Virus record (IMG/VR): IMGVR_UViG_3300025018_000001
From: a virus
Taxonomy: Duplodnaviria; Caudoviricetes
Strand: one strand, 5' to 3'
Length of the DNA: 64,000 nucleotides
The position numbers were made by a program, and so were the translations under genes. The notes beneath the pieces were generated by a model. It ran no database searches, had not been told where the DNA came from, and saw nothing but the letters and a program-made list of their open reading frames with translations. How positions within the stretch are numbered: position 1 is the stretch's first letter; each line of letters begins with the position of its first letter. Below are positions 36,901-47,300 of this stretch, one piece after another.

Positions 36901-37149
36901 AGAATAAAATGTTACATTGGCCAGCTTAGTTAGATCATTCGTATATAATAAAATACTATCTACCTTTAATTTATAACCTAAGTCAATATCAAGGTATAAT
37001 ACCTCTGTGTCTACTAGTTGTACACCTAGTGTGTATACGTTATTATCTATAAGTGAGTCTAATTCTGGAATAGTTAGTGCACGGTTACCTGTACCGCTAG
37101 TAGTATTAGAGGTAAATGAACTATTCCTTATCATATTATATTTTGACAT
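33961..37149 (-). CDS. Large virion protein with beta-propeller regions
   Basis: Kelch/NHL-like blades ('YDVLTDTW', 'DEDGGCWVVD', 'GGFWSYD'). Start set at MSKY (ORF track gives 37176). Confidence 0.6.
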   Translation of the reverse strand: MSKYNMIRNSSFTSNTTSGTGNRALTIPELDSLIDNNVYTLGVQLVDTEVLYLDIDLGYKLKVDSILLYTNDLTKLANVTFYSKSAASDVFSVCSKTVSAVSYVGTVPNPSAPRYIRCVVSGTNMLLHELQVLNNDNIVAFGADGSLTDTFIEDTPEGVVGEVQAIDIYNDTSGDKPANAYVCVDYTGQQGDFYVDIAAESNGPFYNLSEGDIIKNSWSRGTHNNTKVSNTSDGAVLVLSKPTVYEHLSETYIGILPVVDSTFPKSPFGVVRCTAYDKVHKKLYVAFWPGITSKGSPINLWCYDVQLNTWTFRGALVSALWDTDTFSMGCSDTAVYFLGVISESGATRTILKHSMTGSLANLSVFKTFTITFTSTYYYFMVGDFKGNIWIKCHGVYQGDAARQLYKLNEATAALTPVSNNFFLSSLGANVNHLVYDDIRDRIYVLHAESIQNNNFYIEMYDVLTDTWYSSFFNFGNRIMAQNMDMAFCFYNDNLYFQSAQYNGKIYRYNLSTDELDTLPVNIPTKTGIVNKMVVLEPLDAHGDESVLILTGITDIHAVFGYNLPQTLNNSIANLTHITGNYTTPIFALPDANKASYLRIPVLSNIGTTNVSKYKDIQDGIIEVRSSDMSPLPVDHVFWLARANSYSTYFRVEYNNNTAATSFIPLTISNTSTVYTYGSAISRRTGYQLSISAHIAQSANSNVFIFNFGGELVVSKAFATNTAYFGTTDFCDFDVSGGFWSYDAVNKLLKHFNSACILISEVIVDGLCGLATDFNTNSVWYISNVTKALVHLNNLAETETVVNILEPLAVCADEDGGCWVVDHAELDNTKAIKNYSSSGELIVMIPITSSIKVISSDTVGGFYTLSFGVSQEVSHYDKYGNLTMNIKNFASDDKLSGGKFGVVVYSTLLKRMRYVSLATKAIVWTKFYTDYFTTSAYMETYTPRLFTFDIEFQQSDITLPKLIPRPEESLWATNSTLLPWKEVDKDGYFLTKSKYTQARVTLWNFDATSTPTVVGIYMAPAIQITDIQPQKSKPFFIRSNIPAGNITQLDTRIKVWWDIAETD

Positions 37150-37157
37150 GTAATCAC

Positions 37158-40100
37158 CTAAACAGTTGTTAACCAATCTACTACTATCTGAGCGTTACTG
37201 CCCGTAGATCGAAGTTTTTTATTCTTTATTGTTCTGACATATACAATTTCAATAGCCTGACTAGGTACTTGTTCAAATACCAATGGAAGACTTTCTGAAC
37301 CTGGGCCATAAAAATTTATATTATCTTTAGACAATTCTATAAAATTTTCTGGTGTATACAAATATTCACCCTCAATATCCTGTTTGTTTACTAAGAAGTC
37401 TTCCTTACAGTAATTATACACTTTTATATTTTCAAAGACAAAGGCACTTTGATCATTGTACACTTGGGCCGTTTGTGTTATCCCTCCTCCAAGTTTGAAG
37501 AAAGAGATCTTAGTATCAGAGACATCCCAAGTAGAGGTACTACTCAAAGTAACGACACCATTTATAAATAATTTCATAGTGTGATTCCCCGAAATATCCT
37601 TACCATCATTACTCCATACAAGGCCAATGTGTACTATTTTATTTCTACCTATAAAAGTATGAGCTGGTAGGTCCTCTGTGCTAAATAAACTCTGCTTCCT
37701 TATATTGCCAGCGAAAACCTCAAACCAATTTCCTGGTTTTATTCTAAGTGATACAATATCGTTAGTATTACTACTTAAAGTAAATAACGTAGCTGCATGT
37801 ATTTCACCAAAAGCATCTCTACCCAGTGTGTCAACTCCCATTTTAACCCAAAATTCAATTGATCCTCTATCTAAATTAATGTTAGATAAAGGCATCATTA
37901 AATAGTCATTATAAGTTAAGCAGAGGCCATTAGCATATTTGACAGGGGTATCGAAAACATTTCTTAATATAGCAAAATTATCTACAAACATTACTAACTT
38001 CTTTCCAGTACCTCTATATTGAAAGTACAATGTAGTTATATTTCTTTTATTGCCTTGCAAATTAAGAATAGTCTCTAAGAATTCAGTAGAACCACTAACT
38101 TTTGTAGGGTAGACACCACTGTAATTGTAAAAATTTAACTTAACATTATTCCAGCCAGTAATAAGGGGAATATCTGATACATTCCAAGTGTAATAAAAGT
38201 CATTAGAATTACTATCTACAGAACCTAATAGAACTTTACCATAAGTGGTATCAAAATTATCTATATTATCAATATATAGATAGAAATGGAAAGCATCGGA
38301 AATAGACCATAGTAAATCTTGGCCAAAATGGTCTGCCTCAGATAGTTGTAGGGTGTCAACATCTGAAGATGCTGGATAATCTACACGTAGGGAGCGTCTT
38401 CCTATCTTAGTATTAATACTGTCATTCGACAAAGTGGAGATATCAGAGAGCCACCACCACCAATATTCTGTTGGCACATATTTACCGTCGCCGTATACTT
38501 CTATTTTATCTAAATAATCAGGACTACTCATATCATCTAGGAAGTTGTACGCGTAGTTTGTTGCTGTATCCCTTATAACAGATACCCATCTAGTTAAGTC
38601 ATATAAACGGTAAATCTTTATGTTTCTTACACCCCAAGTATTTTCTGTATCAATATTTTGTCTTGTATATACATTAAAATAACCATCGTACTCTGTAAAA
38701 AATTCATGGCTTTGTTTTTGCCATAAGGTACCATAAACATTAGCAAAAACTATAATTGTTTCACTACCTTCTAATTCTATACTTATTTCTTCCACATTTT
38801 GTGGGTAATACGCCTCCCAGTCAATATAATGATGTCCTTGCGCTAAAAACAAAGAGGTTACTAATAAATATTCCACAGAGTACTTTAAGTCGCCAGAATT
38901 AAAGTCACTCTCATACTCTGTTGTGTAGTCCTGCCCTCTTGTGAATGGTGCTCTACTTGGATCAGAAGTTACGCTATCAGAGTAGCTTATAAATTCACTA
39001 GAGTTATCCCATAAAGTATTGTTGACATGCTCAAGCAATTTAGAGCCTTGTTGAAAAGAGTTATATAGTTTAACATCTACCACATTAAATTTATCTCTAA
39101 GGTCCACACATACGATGGGGAAGTCCTCGCTACTTATATAAGGCACATTAGTTTTTGCAAATATTTCTATTTCCCGTAGAAAGCCTAACTTAGCATTTAA
39201 GTAAGTAGAGTTATATATATCAGTGGGGACATCTATAGTTTCAAAAGAAGTAATTTCGAGTAATGCCCTCCTTGCCTTGACATAGTTAAACTCGTGTGTT
39301 TGAGTAGCAGCATTAGTTATATTAGCTGCCGTATAAACTAAGGTCCATACCCTAGAGCTACCTGAAATAGTGTTATCAAGACTTAATTTATATGACTTAT
39401 TATACCCAAGAGGTATATTAGGGGAATAGCCATTATGTATAGTAAAAGACCCTATGTAGTACTCATCATCAAATTCAATATAAAGTTTTGGTGAGGTGCC
39501 TTCTTCATAGGCCCAGCAGTAATCTACTCCATAGTTTGAGGAATAACCATCTACTGCCTTACTGGGTAAATTTTCACCGTAAAAAGTTGTACCCGATACT
39601 GTTGTGTTTAAAGCCACATTTTTTAAAGGTGTGTACTGTGTTAGTGTAGAGTTAAGTGGTAACCACTTGTTATTAAAACCACCATCTTTACAAAATACAG
39701 TAGTTATATCCGTATAAACACCCAGTTTTTCAATTGATTTGATAATATTATCTGAACAATCAACTTGAATACCTAGCCATCTACAGTCCATATAATCAGA
39801 GTCAAATACTGCATTATCTATTGAACCACTACTATTGGAGTATTGTGTTTTAAGTTGTAATGACACATCAAATAGGTTACCAATACCATAGTGTCTCACT
39901 ATAGATAAACTATGACGACTAATTAAATCAATAACAAACGCTATAAATAAGTCTTCCCTTGTGGCCTCTATAATTGAGTTTAAAGAGTAATTATTATTAT
40001 TTACCCCAGATAGTATATTTAACGTTAACTCATTACCTGTGGATATAAAGAATATTTTGTCAATAGGTACTACATCATAAAGCTCCAAACCTAACCACGT

Positions 40101-43100
40101 TCCTGGCGCCAACATAGGTCTATAATTAAAACTTATATTATATACCCTAACGGTCCACAATGTTGAAGAACCTCTGAAGTAAAATGAGGTTAAACTATTT
40201 GAAGAGGTTAAAGTAAAAGTGGTTATATAAATATGGTTACCTAGATATAAAGATATAGTGTTTCCTGCTTTTCTTAAACATATTTTGTTTTTTTGTAGCA
40301 TATTAAAGTAACACCCTAAAGTATTATTTGTATATAATATGGTGGAACCCTCTACGATGTTCAGTACATGTACTGTACCATCACATGAAGCTATACCTGC
40401 TCCGGCAACACAAGTCCATTCTAAATAAAATACTATTTCTGCACCACTATAAAACTCAAATTTCGCGTATGATAAAGGGTAAATATATGAGGGGTGGTTC
40501 GGGTCAAAATAGTAGTCAAATAAAAACTCAAAGTTATCTGAGTTATTAAATCTATATGTACTCAGATTAATATCACCAGTCTTACCGTTTATTAAAAGGT
40601 ATTCATTATTTACAACAAAAGCTTCTGGGGACTTAGTACCAAAAACGGAAAATTCATCCCAGGTGCCTTCTGCAAAAGAATCTTTGAATGTATAATAATT
40701 TGGTATGTTAGTACCATTAGAGACTATGTAATTAAGAGAAGTATTTGGTATAGTATCAGGTAATAAAATTTTTCTTATATCTACACGTTCTCCAAGATAT
40801 GAAACTATGATATCACTCAGTACACTAACTCTATCTGCTGATAATATTTGTATACGCCAGTACTTACTTGATACAGGCACGATATCTGCAGAAAATTTAT
40901 ATCTATGGAGGTAAGCCTCATTTGAGAAATCTACTGGTATACCTGAGCTTAAGGTACCATAAGTAAACCAATCAAAGGTATTGTATGAATAATAAGCTGT
41001 TTTACCCTCAATAGCGTTAGCTAAACCATAACTAAAACAACTTGTAGCACATTGTCCTCTACTGTAAGTAATAGGGTAGTCATCGCTTTTATACAAGAAG
41101 CATGTAGGGCCTAACTCAGGATCTTTAAGAGTATCAAAAGAATTTAAAGTATTCCAAAAAATAATATTTTTACTGCTGATTAAATCTCTAGGTATATCTA
41201 CGGTAAGATCAAAAGACTTGTTGTATATATTAGTGATTACAACTTCCTTGCTATCACTTATTATACCATTTTTTGCTTCGTCTATTAACACTAAGGAGTC
41301 TTCTGTGTAAGCTTGTTCTGTAGTTGAAACAGCTATCTCACGCATATTAAAAGCCGTCTGTGATTCGAAAGACACCCTAAAGTATCTAGGTGTACCTCCT
41401 ACAAATGCGGCTGTAGTGGTTTCATCTACAGTTTTAAACCCAGTGGTACGCCATTTATCCTTATAATCCGAAAAATGTAATATAGTATTGTCAACCATAG
41501 ATACATCATTAGGTACTCTAGAGTAAACTTCCATCTCGGTTACTTTAGTACTATTATGTCTATCACAATATATTCTAAACCCTTTACATGGTATTGGTTC
41601 AAACTCATGAGCCAATATACTCCAGTCAACAAAGTAAGTAGATATATGATCTTGGCATATTTCAGGATTATCATAGTCTTGACTATATAAGTTAGTTGTT
41701 GCAGGATTCTTAAATAAATACCTATCTATGTTATCATTATCCCCCTTGGTGTACTTAACACCATTTAAATATATAAAGTTGTATTCAGGTACTAAATTAT
41801 ATGCCACATTATCTGCGTCACCTGAGTAGTGATAAGACCCACCATACGTAGATAAAGCAATATTTCTAAAATTATTTTCTTCTTTAAAATATATTATACT
41901 TTTATATACATCGAAAAGGTGCTCAGCTGGGAATAGTAATGTAAAAGCTATTGGATCAGTAGTGTAATTCATAGAACCACTAGTAGGTTTTTTTATACCA
42001 CAGTATTCTGTTAGGCCATTACACACTGTACTATATGGCCATTCGAAATCTCCATTAACATAAAAATAAGCGTGCTCACCAAAAGTAGCTATACCATTAT
42101 CCTGAGTGTATACATCACCCTCTTTTCCGTTATCAGCAGTGATAATTAAATCATCTAAACATTCCTTGCCATAGTATATATTATTATGTGTATCATACCA
42201 AGTACCACCATAAGCTGTAAGATATACACCAGCATGATTATGAGTTTCATTAAATAGATCTACATTCCATGTAACATCTAGACAAGATGCTAAATTAAAT
42301 TCGTAGTAACCCTCTAGTTCTTCACCTGATACTATAAACTCGGAAACATTTAACCGGTAGCCCAAGTCAATATCCAATATAGTATTATTTTGTTTAAGGT
42401 CACCTCTAGCATATATTGCAAAACCTCCGACACCATAAGAATAGGATGTTGCATTTTCCACGATAGTAGTAACTTCACCATTTACTTGTATAAAAGTAGC
42501 GTCTGGTAAACCAGTAGCTGTCTGCCCTACATAAAGGTTTGCATTATATATACCCAATATGTCACCTTTGTTTACTAACACGTCGTAGTCCACTCTAGAA
42601 ACTATAGGACGCATAGTATACAATGTAGCATCCTCAGTAGTAGGTAAAGGTATTGAGTAAACTACTCTAAATGTACCATCATTACGTGGACGTAAAATTT
42701 TTAAGGCTGCTCCTGGGTAGAGCAAACCATACACCCAAAAGTGTTTTAATTTACCGTTGTTATCTATACGTTTTGATAAATCAATAATAGTTTTGCCTGT
42801 ATTATCGAAAGAAGTATAACCTGTAACATCATCTAATTCAGATATTAATTTGGATGTTCCTATTTCATTAAAGTCACGTCTACCTCCTTCAACAGAATAC
42901 TGTGACGGGTTGTGTATGTAAGCTATATCATTATCTCCATCCACTAGCGCGTTTATTTCAAATGTCTGTAGAAGCCTTGTACTAGCATAATCAAACCCAG
43001 TGGCTGGATCTGTACCTGATACACATGTGTATATAGGTTCCATACGGTCATTGAAGAATCCCAATTCTTCAGCTGCCTTAGAGTAACTAATCACTACACT

Positions 43101-43967
43101 ACTATTATTACGGTTAGTGCCACTGGATATTCTTATAACTTCCTTATCCGTGTAGTCTACTTGTGCAAAAGAATAGCCACCTATGTTAACAGTACTTATA
43201 CTATTACCTAATACTTTGGCAATGTCATTACCTGACATTAGAATATTTTCGCCAAGTTCAATATGTTCTATACCGTAGTCGTCTATATCAATTAAAAGTT
43301 CGCTGCTTTCACCTGCTACTAACGTGTAGTTTGCTTTTTTTACTGTTGCTTCACAGTAGGCACGATTACCCGCACCAGGGCACGGATGTGAGTAATACTG
43401 ATAATAAGAACAATTAGTGTTTATACACATCCAAAAATCTTCTGAGGTGATACGTAAAGATTTTAAAAAAAACTTATCCCCAGTATGGCCGTCAATGAAC
43501 GGATAAAATCTAAGGTTATTAATGTCACCCTGCCACCACTTATAAGGGCCTAAATTTAATTTATAGTATTCCCATGTACCTACACCTGTTATATCAAACT
43601 CTATAGTGCGATCATCAGCCCAAGCGACGTCATCAGTCCTGAGCCACATTATCTTACCCTTGGTTAATCCTTTTACTGTTCTAGTTGGGTTTTCATCAAT
43701 AACTTTTAATATAAATTCTATAAAGAAATATTCTTCTGCATTTACTGATAAGAACACTTCTGTCCGACTAATATGACAGTCTGGTAAGTAAGCAGAACCA
43801 AACAAAATATTATTCCAACAACCGTACATATAAATATTATTGTATATAGTCCACCCGTCAACATTACCGTTGTTAGAGAAATCTGTGAAATATCCGTTAG
43901 TAGAATCATAACGACATAATTCAGAGTTACTGATTGACTTGGCGTCTCTTAGAAAATTATGCTTCAT
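37158..43967 (-). CDS. 2269-aa virion protein with discoidin (F5/8C)-like and LamG modules
   Basis: 'NVALNTTVSG...SKAVDG...W...YIEFDDEYYIGSF' discoidin; C-terminal 'GSIEFWVK...HIGLVW...LFING' LamG. Confidence 0.65.
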   Translation of the reverse strand: MKHNFLRDAKSISNSELCRYDSTNGYFTDFSNNGNVDGWTIYNNIYMYGCWNNILFGSAYLPDCHISRTEVFLSVNAEEYFFIEFILKVIDENPTRTVKGLTKGKIMWLRTDDVAWADDRTIEFDITGVGTWEYYKLNLGPYKWWQGDINNLRFYPFIDGHTGDKFFLKSLRITSEDFWMCINTNCSYYQYYSHPCPGAGNRAYCEATVKKANYTLVAGESSELLIDIDDYGIEHIELGENILMSGNDIAKVLGNSISTVNIGGYSFAQVDYTDKEVIRISSGTNRNNSSVVISYSKAAEELGFFNDRMEPIYTCVSGTDPATGFDYASTRLLQTFEINALVDGDNDIAYIHNPSQYSVEGGRRDFNEIGTSKLISELDDVTGYTSFDNTGKTIIDLSKRIDNNGKLKHFWVYGLLYPGAALKILRPRNDGTFRVVYSIPLPTTEDATLYTMRPIVSRVDYDVLVNKGDILGIYNANLYVGQTATGLPDATFIQVNGEVTTIVENATSYSYGVGGFAIYARGDLKQNNTILDIDLGYRLNVSEFIVSGEELEGYYEFNLASCLDVTWNVDLFNETHNHAGVYLTAYGGTWYDTHNNIYYGKECLDDLIITADNGKEGDVYTQDNGIATFGEHAYFYVNGDFEWPYSTVCNGLTEYCGIKKPTSGSMNYTTDPIAFTLLFPAEHLFDVYKSIIYFKEENNFRNIALSTYGGSYHYSGDADNVAYNLVPEYNFIYLNGVKYTKGDNDNIDRYLFKNPATTNLYSQDYDNPEICQDHISTYFVDWSILAHEFEPIPCKGFRIYCDRHNSTKVTEMEVYSRVPNDVSMVDNTILHFSDYKDKWRTTGFKTVDETTTAAFVGGTPRYFRVSFESQTAFNMREIAVSTTEQAYTEDSLVLIDEAKNGIISDSKEVVITNIYNKSFDLTVDIPRDLISSKNIIFWNTLNSFDTLKDPELGPTCFLYKSDDYPITYSRGQCATSCFSYGLANAIEGKTAYYSYNTFDWFTYGTLSSGIPVDFSNEAYLHRYKFSADIVPVSSKYWRIQILSADRVSVLSDIIVSYLGERVDIRKILLPDTIPNTSLNYIVSNGTNIPNYYTFKDSFAEGTWDEFSVFGTKSPEAFVVNNEYLLINGKTGDINLSTYRFNNSDNFEFLFDYYFDPNHPSYIYPLSYAKFEFYSGAEIVFYLEWTCVAGAGIASCDGTVHVLNIVEGSTILYTNNTLGCYFNMLQKNKICLRKAGNTISLYLGNHIYITTFTLTSSNSLTSFYFRGSSTLWTVRVYNISFNYRPMLAPGTWLGLELYDVVPIDKIFFISTGNELTLNILSGVNNNNYSLNSIIEATREDLFIAFVIDLISRHSLSIVRHYGIGNLFDVSLQLKTQYSNSSGSIDNAVFDSDYMDCRWLGIQVDCSDNIIKSIEKLGVYTDITTVFCKDGGFNNKWLPLNSTLTQYTPLKNVALNTTVSGTTFYGENLPSKAVDGYSSNYGVDYCWAYEEGTSPKLYIEFDDEYYIGSFTIHNGYSPNIPLGYNKSYKLSLDNTISGSSRVWTLVYTAANITNAATQTHEFNYVKARRALLEITSFETIDVPTDIYNSTYLNAKLGFLREIEIFAKTNVPYISSEDFPIVCVDLRDKFNVVDVKLYNSFQQGSKLLEHVNNTLWDNSSEFISYSDSVTSDPSRAPFTRGQDYTTEYESDFNSGDLKYSVEYLLVTSLFLAQGHHYIDWEAYYPQNVEEISIELEGSETIIVFANVYGTLWQKQSHEFFTEYDGYFNVYTRQNIDTENTWGVRNIKIYRLYDLTRWVSVIRDTATNYAYNFLDDMSSPDYLDKIEVYGDGKYVPTEYWWWWLSDISTLSNDSINTKIGRRSLRVDYPASSDVDTLQLSEADHFGQDLLWSISDAFHFYLYIDNIDNFDTTYGKVLLGSVDSNSNDFYYTWNVSDIPLITGWNNVKLNFYNYSGVYPTKVSGSTEFLETILNLQGNKRNITTLYFQYRGTGKKLVMFVDNFAILRNVFDTPVKYANGLCLTYNDYLMMPLSNINLDRGSIEFWVKMGVDTLGRDAFGEIHAATLFTLSSNTNDIVSLRIKPGNWFEVFAGNIRKQSLFSTEDLPAHTFIGRNKIVHIGLVWSNDGKDISGNHTMKLFINGVVTLSSTSTWDVSDTKISFFKLGGGITQTAQVYNDQSAFVFENIKVYNYCKEDFLVNKQDIEGEYLYTPENFIELSKDNINFYGPGSESLPLVFEQVPSQAIEIVYVRTIKNKKLRSTGSNAQIVVDWLTTV

Positions 43968-44355
43968 GTTGTTTAACGAACGGACATACAGATATTATAT
44001 CTTTGTAACAATTACCTGCATTGTCTACGCCATCACATATATTACAATACTCTAAACCATTATCTGGATTAATACTCGCAGGATTTATCACATTTTTAAA
44101 AACATGAATCTTTCTAAAACGTCTAATATCGGCATGAATACTTTCACGTCGCTTCTGTTCTAACTCTTTAAAAGAATATTTAAACTTAGCAGAACAACTA
44201 ATACACTTATAAACTAATGGGATGTCTTTAGCTGTATCACATATGTCAGATATTTTATCATTAACATAGTCAACTTTTAGAAGATACTCACTTATAGATG
44301 TGTCATAGTCAAACTCTACCACACCTTTACATTTATCACAAATTATATTAAACAT
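43957..44355 (-). CDS. Cys-rich (putative Zn-binding) protein
   Basis: 'CDKC', 'CISC', 'CNIC...CY...CP'. Confidence 0.6.
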   Translation of the reverse strand: MFNIICDKCKGVVEFDYDTSISEYLLKVDYVNDKISDICDTAKDIPLVYKCISCSAKFKYSFKELEQKRRESIHADIRRFRKIHVFKNVINPASINPDNGLEYCNICDGVDNAGNCYKDIISVCPFVKQHEA

Positions 44356-44365
44356 TATAACCTCA

Positions 44366-47300
44366 TTATAGTGATGATAGCCTGTCTGCTATAGTGTCTG
44401 CAGGATTGGCCATTCGTGTCAATACATCAGACAAACCGTAAGAGTAAAGGTCAAATATATCTCTTTCATGTACAAAACCATATATACCTGATATCCTTCC
44501 CCATTTATAAGCAAAGATAGTAACAATCTGCCTAAGACCTCCACCACCACAATTAAAGAAGTCTTTAAAACTATTATTATCCCAGGTCCAATTATGTCCT
44601 TCTGGGTAATATAGTTGTTTTGGAGGGACTGCTCTTAATGGTACCATAGTAGTATTCTTAAATCTACAAGTCCACTCAGGAAAAGATGTTACTCCTGTAT
44701 TACTCAAGGTTTCTTTAAACACCTCTCTAGCAATGGATACATATGAGATCTCCTCTGTACCAGCTAAAGCTATTTCATCATATAACTCCTTCTGCTTGGT
44801 TTCAAAATCAAGGTAAGACCCATAAAGATTCTCAGCGTCCTGCTGAACTTTTCCACAAATCCTAGACTGAGTTTTTCCTACAGAGGTGAATTCACCCTCA
44901 CTACCAGACATACCAACCATACCAAAAGCATTGTCATATTGATAAGTAGTGGATAATTCAGTTGTGCTAGGGTACAGTAAAGATCCTTGGTTTTCTCTAC
45001 CATGAATTGGAAAAGTTCCATATCCTCCAACAGATATATTAAATTTTCTTTCGTGTACTTGTATAGTTTCTTCCTGAGCTATATAAAAAACCTTCTTAAA
45101 TTTTATTGCCCCAATAAATATATAATGCTGAAACTCAATGTCATCATTTGTGAAATTAATCATGTCTAAAGAGTAGTTAAAGGTAACACTGAAACTAGAA
45201 CTTAACTCAGCCATATAGTCCTGTGTTAAATTTGTTATTTTATATTCTTTACTAAACTGTACTAATTCTTCTTCTATATCCGAAGATACAAAGTCAAATG
45301 TTTCTACATCTTTAAAAACTACGTCATCTACCGAACGTTTTAGCACTACCTCAGGTATATGAAAATAATTTGTTATTGTAGATTCTTCCTCAGAATTTGG
45401 CTCTATTATCTCCCTACCTTTCAAAAAAGATATATCAACTTGGCCTATATTAACTGGAGTTTCAAACTTAAATATAATAGTAACTGTACCACTAGTAAAA
45501 AAGTACTTCATGTCAAAAGAGTCACTGGCTGGATAAAATTCTGAAACGTTTATGGTAGAGTAATTAGAGTCGTCTGCAGAAGGTCTTGACAATTTAACCT
45601 CATAAGGCAGTTCAATGGGTGCCATATCCTTTGGTAGATATTTTACCATACTAGGGTTTACCATTGTGTAAAGACCCCTATTAAAGTACATATCATATTG
45701 TTCTCCATCTTTATAAATAGATACCATCCTCTTACCATCTTTTGCATTATCTTTAGCTAGTTCTTCAGTCTCTACTATTTCTGCTTCCTCGGTATATAAA
45801 ATAAAACCACCAGTTATAGCAGATATGGCCATTACTTCTAGATCAGCCTCACTTGTTACAGAATTTAACCAATATACAGCAGAACACACTTCATAAAAAT
45901 CCATATGTTTTTTAATATCATCTAAACTTAATGAGTCAAAAGCAACACCCTCCTCAATTTCAGATACATCTTTTATTAGCTCTAATTTTGTATTAAGTAA
46001 ACGTACTGGTCCATTATCAAGCCTAACTATAAAGTACGTAGGAAGGGGTGTTTCTGGGTCATATATGGAGGGTTCCCAGGTTATCTTATGAAAACCTTCA
46101 TCAGGTATTCTTCTAAATTCATCAATACGAAAATCATAGGTGTAATTAGTATAGCTTATATCTAAAAAACTTAAATATTTAGAATGAATTTCACTTGTAT
46201 CACAAATGGCAAAGTCTAGATCCATAAGTGATGTACGTATATCTATAAGTTCACGTTCTAATGGTTTCCATTTCTCCCTCCATGCCCATTGAATCGCTGT
46301 ATCTGCCTCTGGGGAATCTTTATATGTCAGCCAGGCTGTTATAGGTCTTGGGGTGTCCGTACCTGAGAAGTATGCCTTCCTAGGAGATGGGTACACCATA
46401 CCAGTAGTCGTACTATGAGCTATAAATATTTCTGAAAATCTATAACGTTTTAGTGAAGAATCCGTACCATCACCCTTTAGTAATCGTTCATTTATAGAAG
46501 TATTATCAACATTTCTAGCAGAAAGCATACCAAACTGGTGTACATATGTAGCCGCTATATCTCCCTCATTAAAGTAATTATTCCAAGGGAATTCAGTAAA
46601 GTCACTACTTAAAGCCATGTCAGAAAAAGCTTCATACATGGGCATCCATTTTTTGTCTTTTGCTATGCCTCCACCATCTGTTACATAATAGTAGTGTAAA
46701 GCAGCAGTAGATCTAAAACTATGTAGATAAGGTCTATTTTTATTACCAAATTGTGGGCCTATACCTCCATTCTGTGTCATATAATAAAGAGCTTCTCCAG
46801 TTACACCAGCACGTATTCTTGCAAACCCACCAAACCACGGAGTAGAAATCATATCATTATTATGATAAACATAGTCACAACCACAAGCCCATACAGTAGC
46901 ATGTGTATCAACTGTATATCCAAAATGTTTTGTAGGGCCTAACATACGTAAATCTTCCGAGCCGTGATCTGTGGCACTGAAGTCAGGTCTACCTACATCG
47001 TTCAACCAAAACTCCATAAGACCTTCGTCATTTTCATAATTACCACTTCTTAGCATATAAGTAGCATATGGGTCACAACTAGTATAAGGGTACCACATAA
47101 GGGATGGTCTGCGTGAAACACTACCAAAGCTATGATCGCCACATCTAGGGCTAGATCCACCTATACCGGTTTCTAGCTTTACTGTACCAATATGTGCTAC
47201 AAAACAGTAACCTGTAGGTAGAAGTAATGTCTCTTGATAATTAGCTTTCCATGAGTACATTATCTCGACATCACTACAGAAAGGTTTTTTAGCCCAAATA

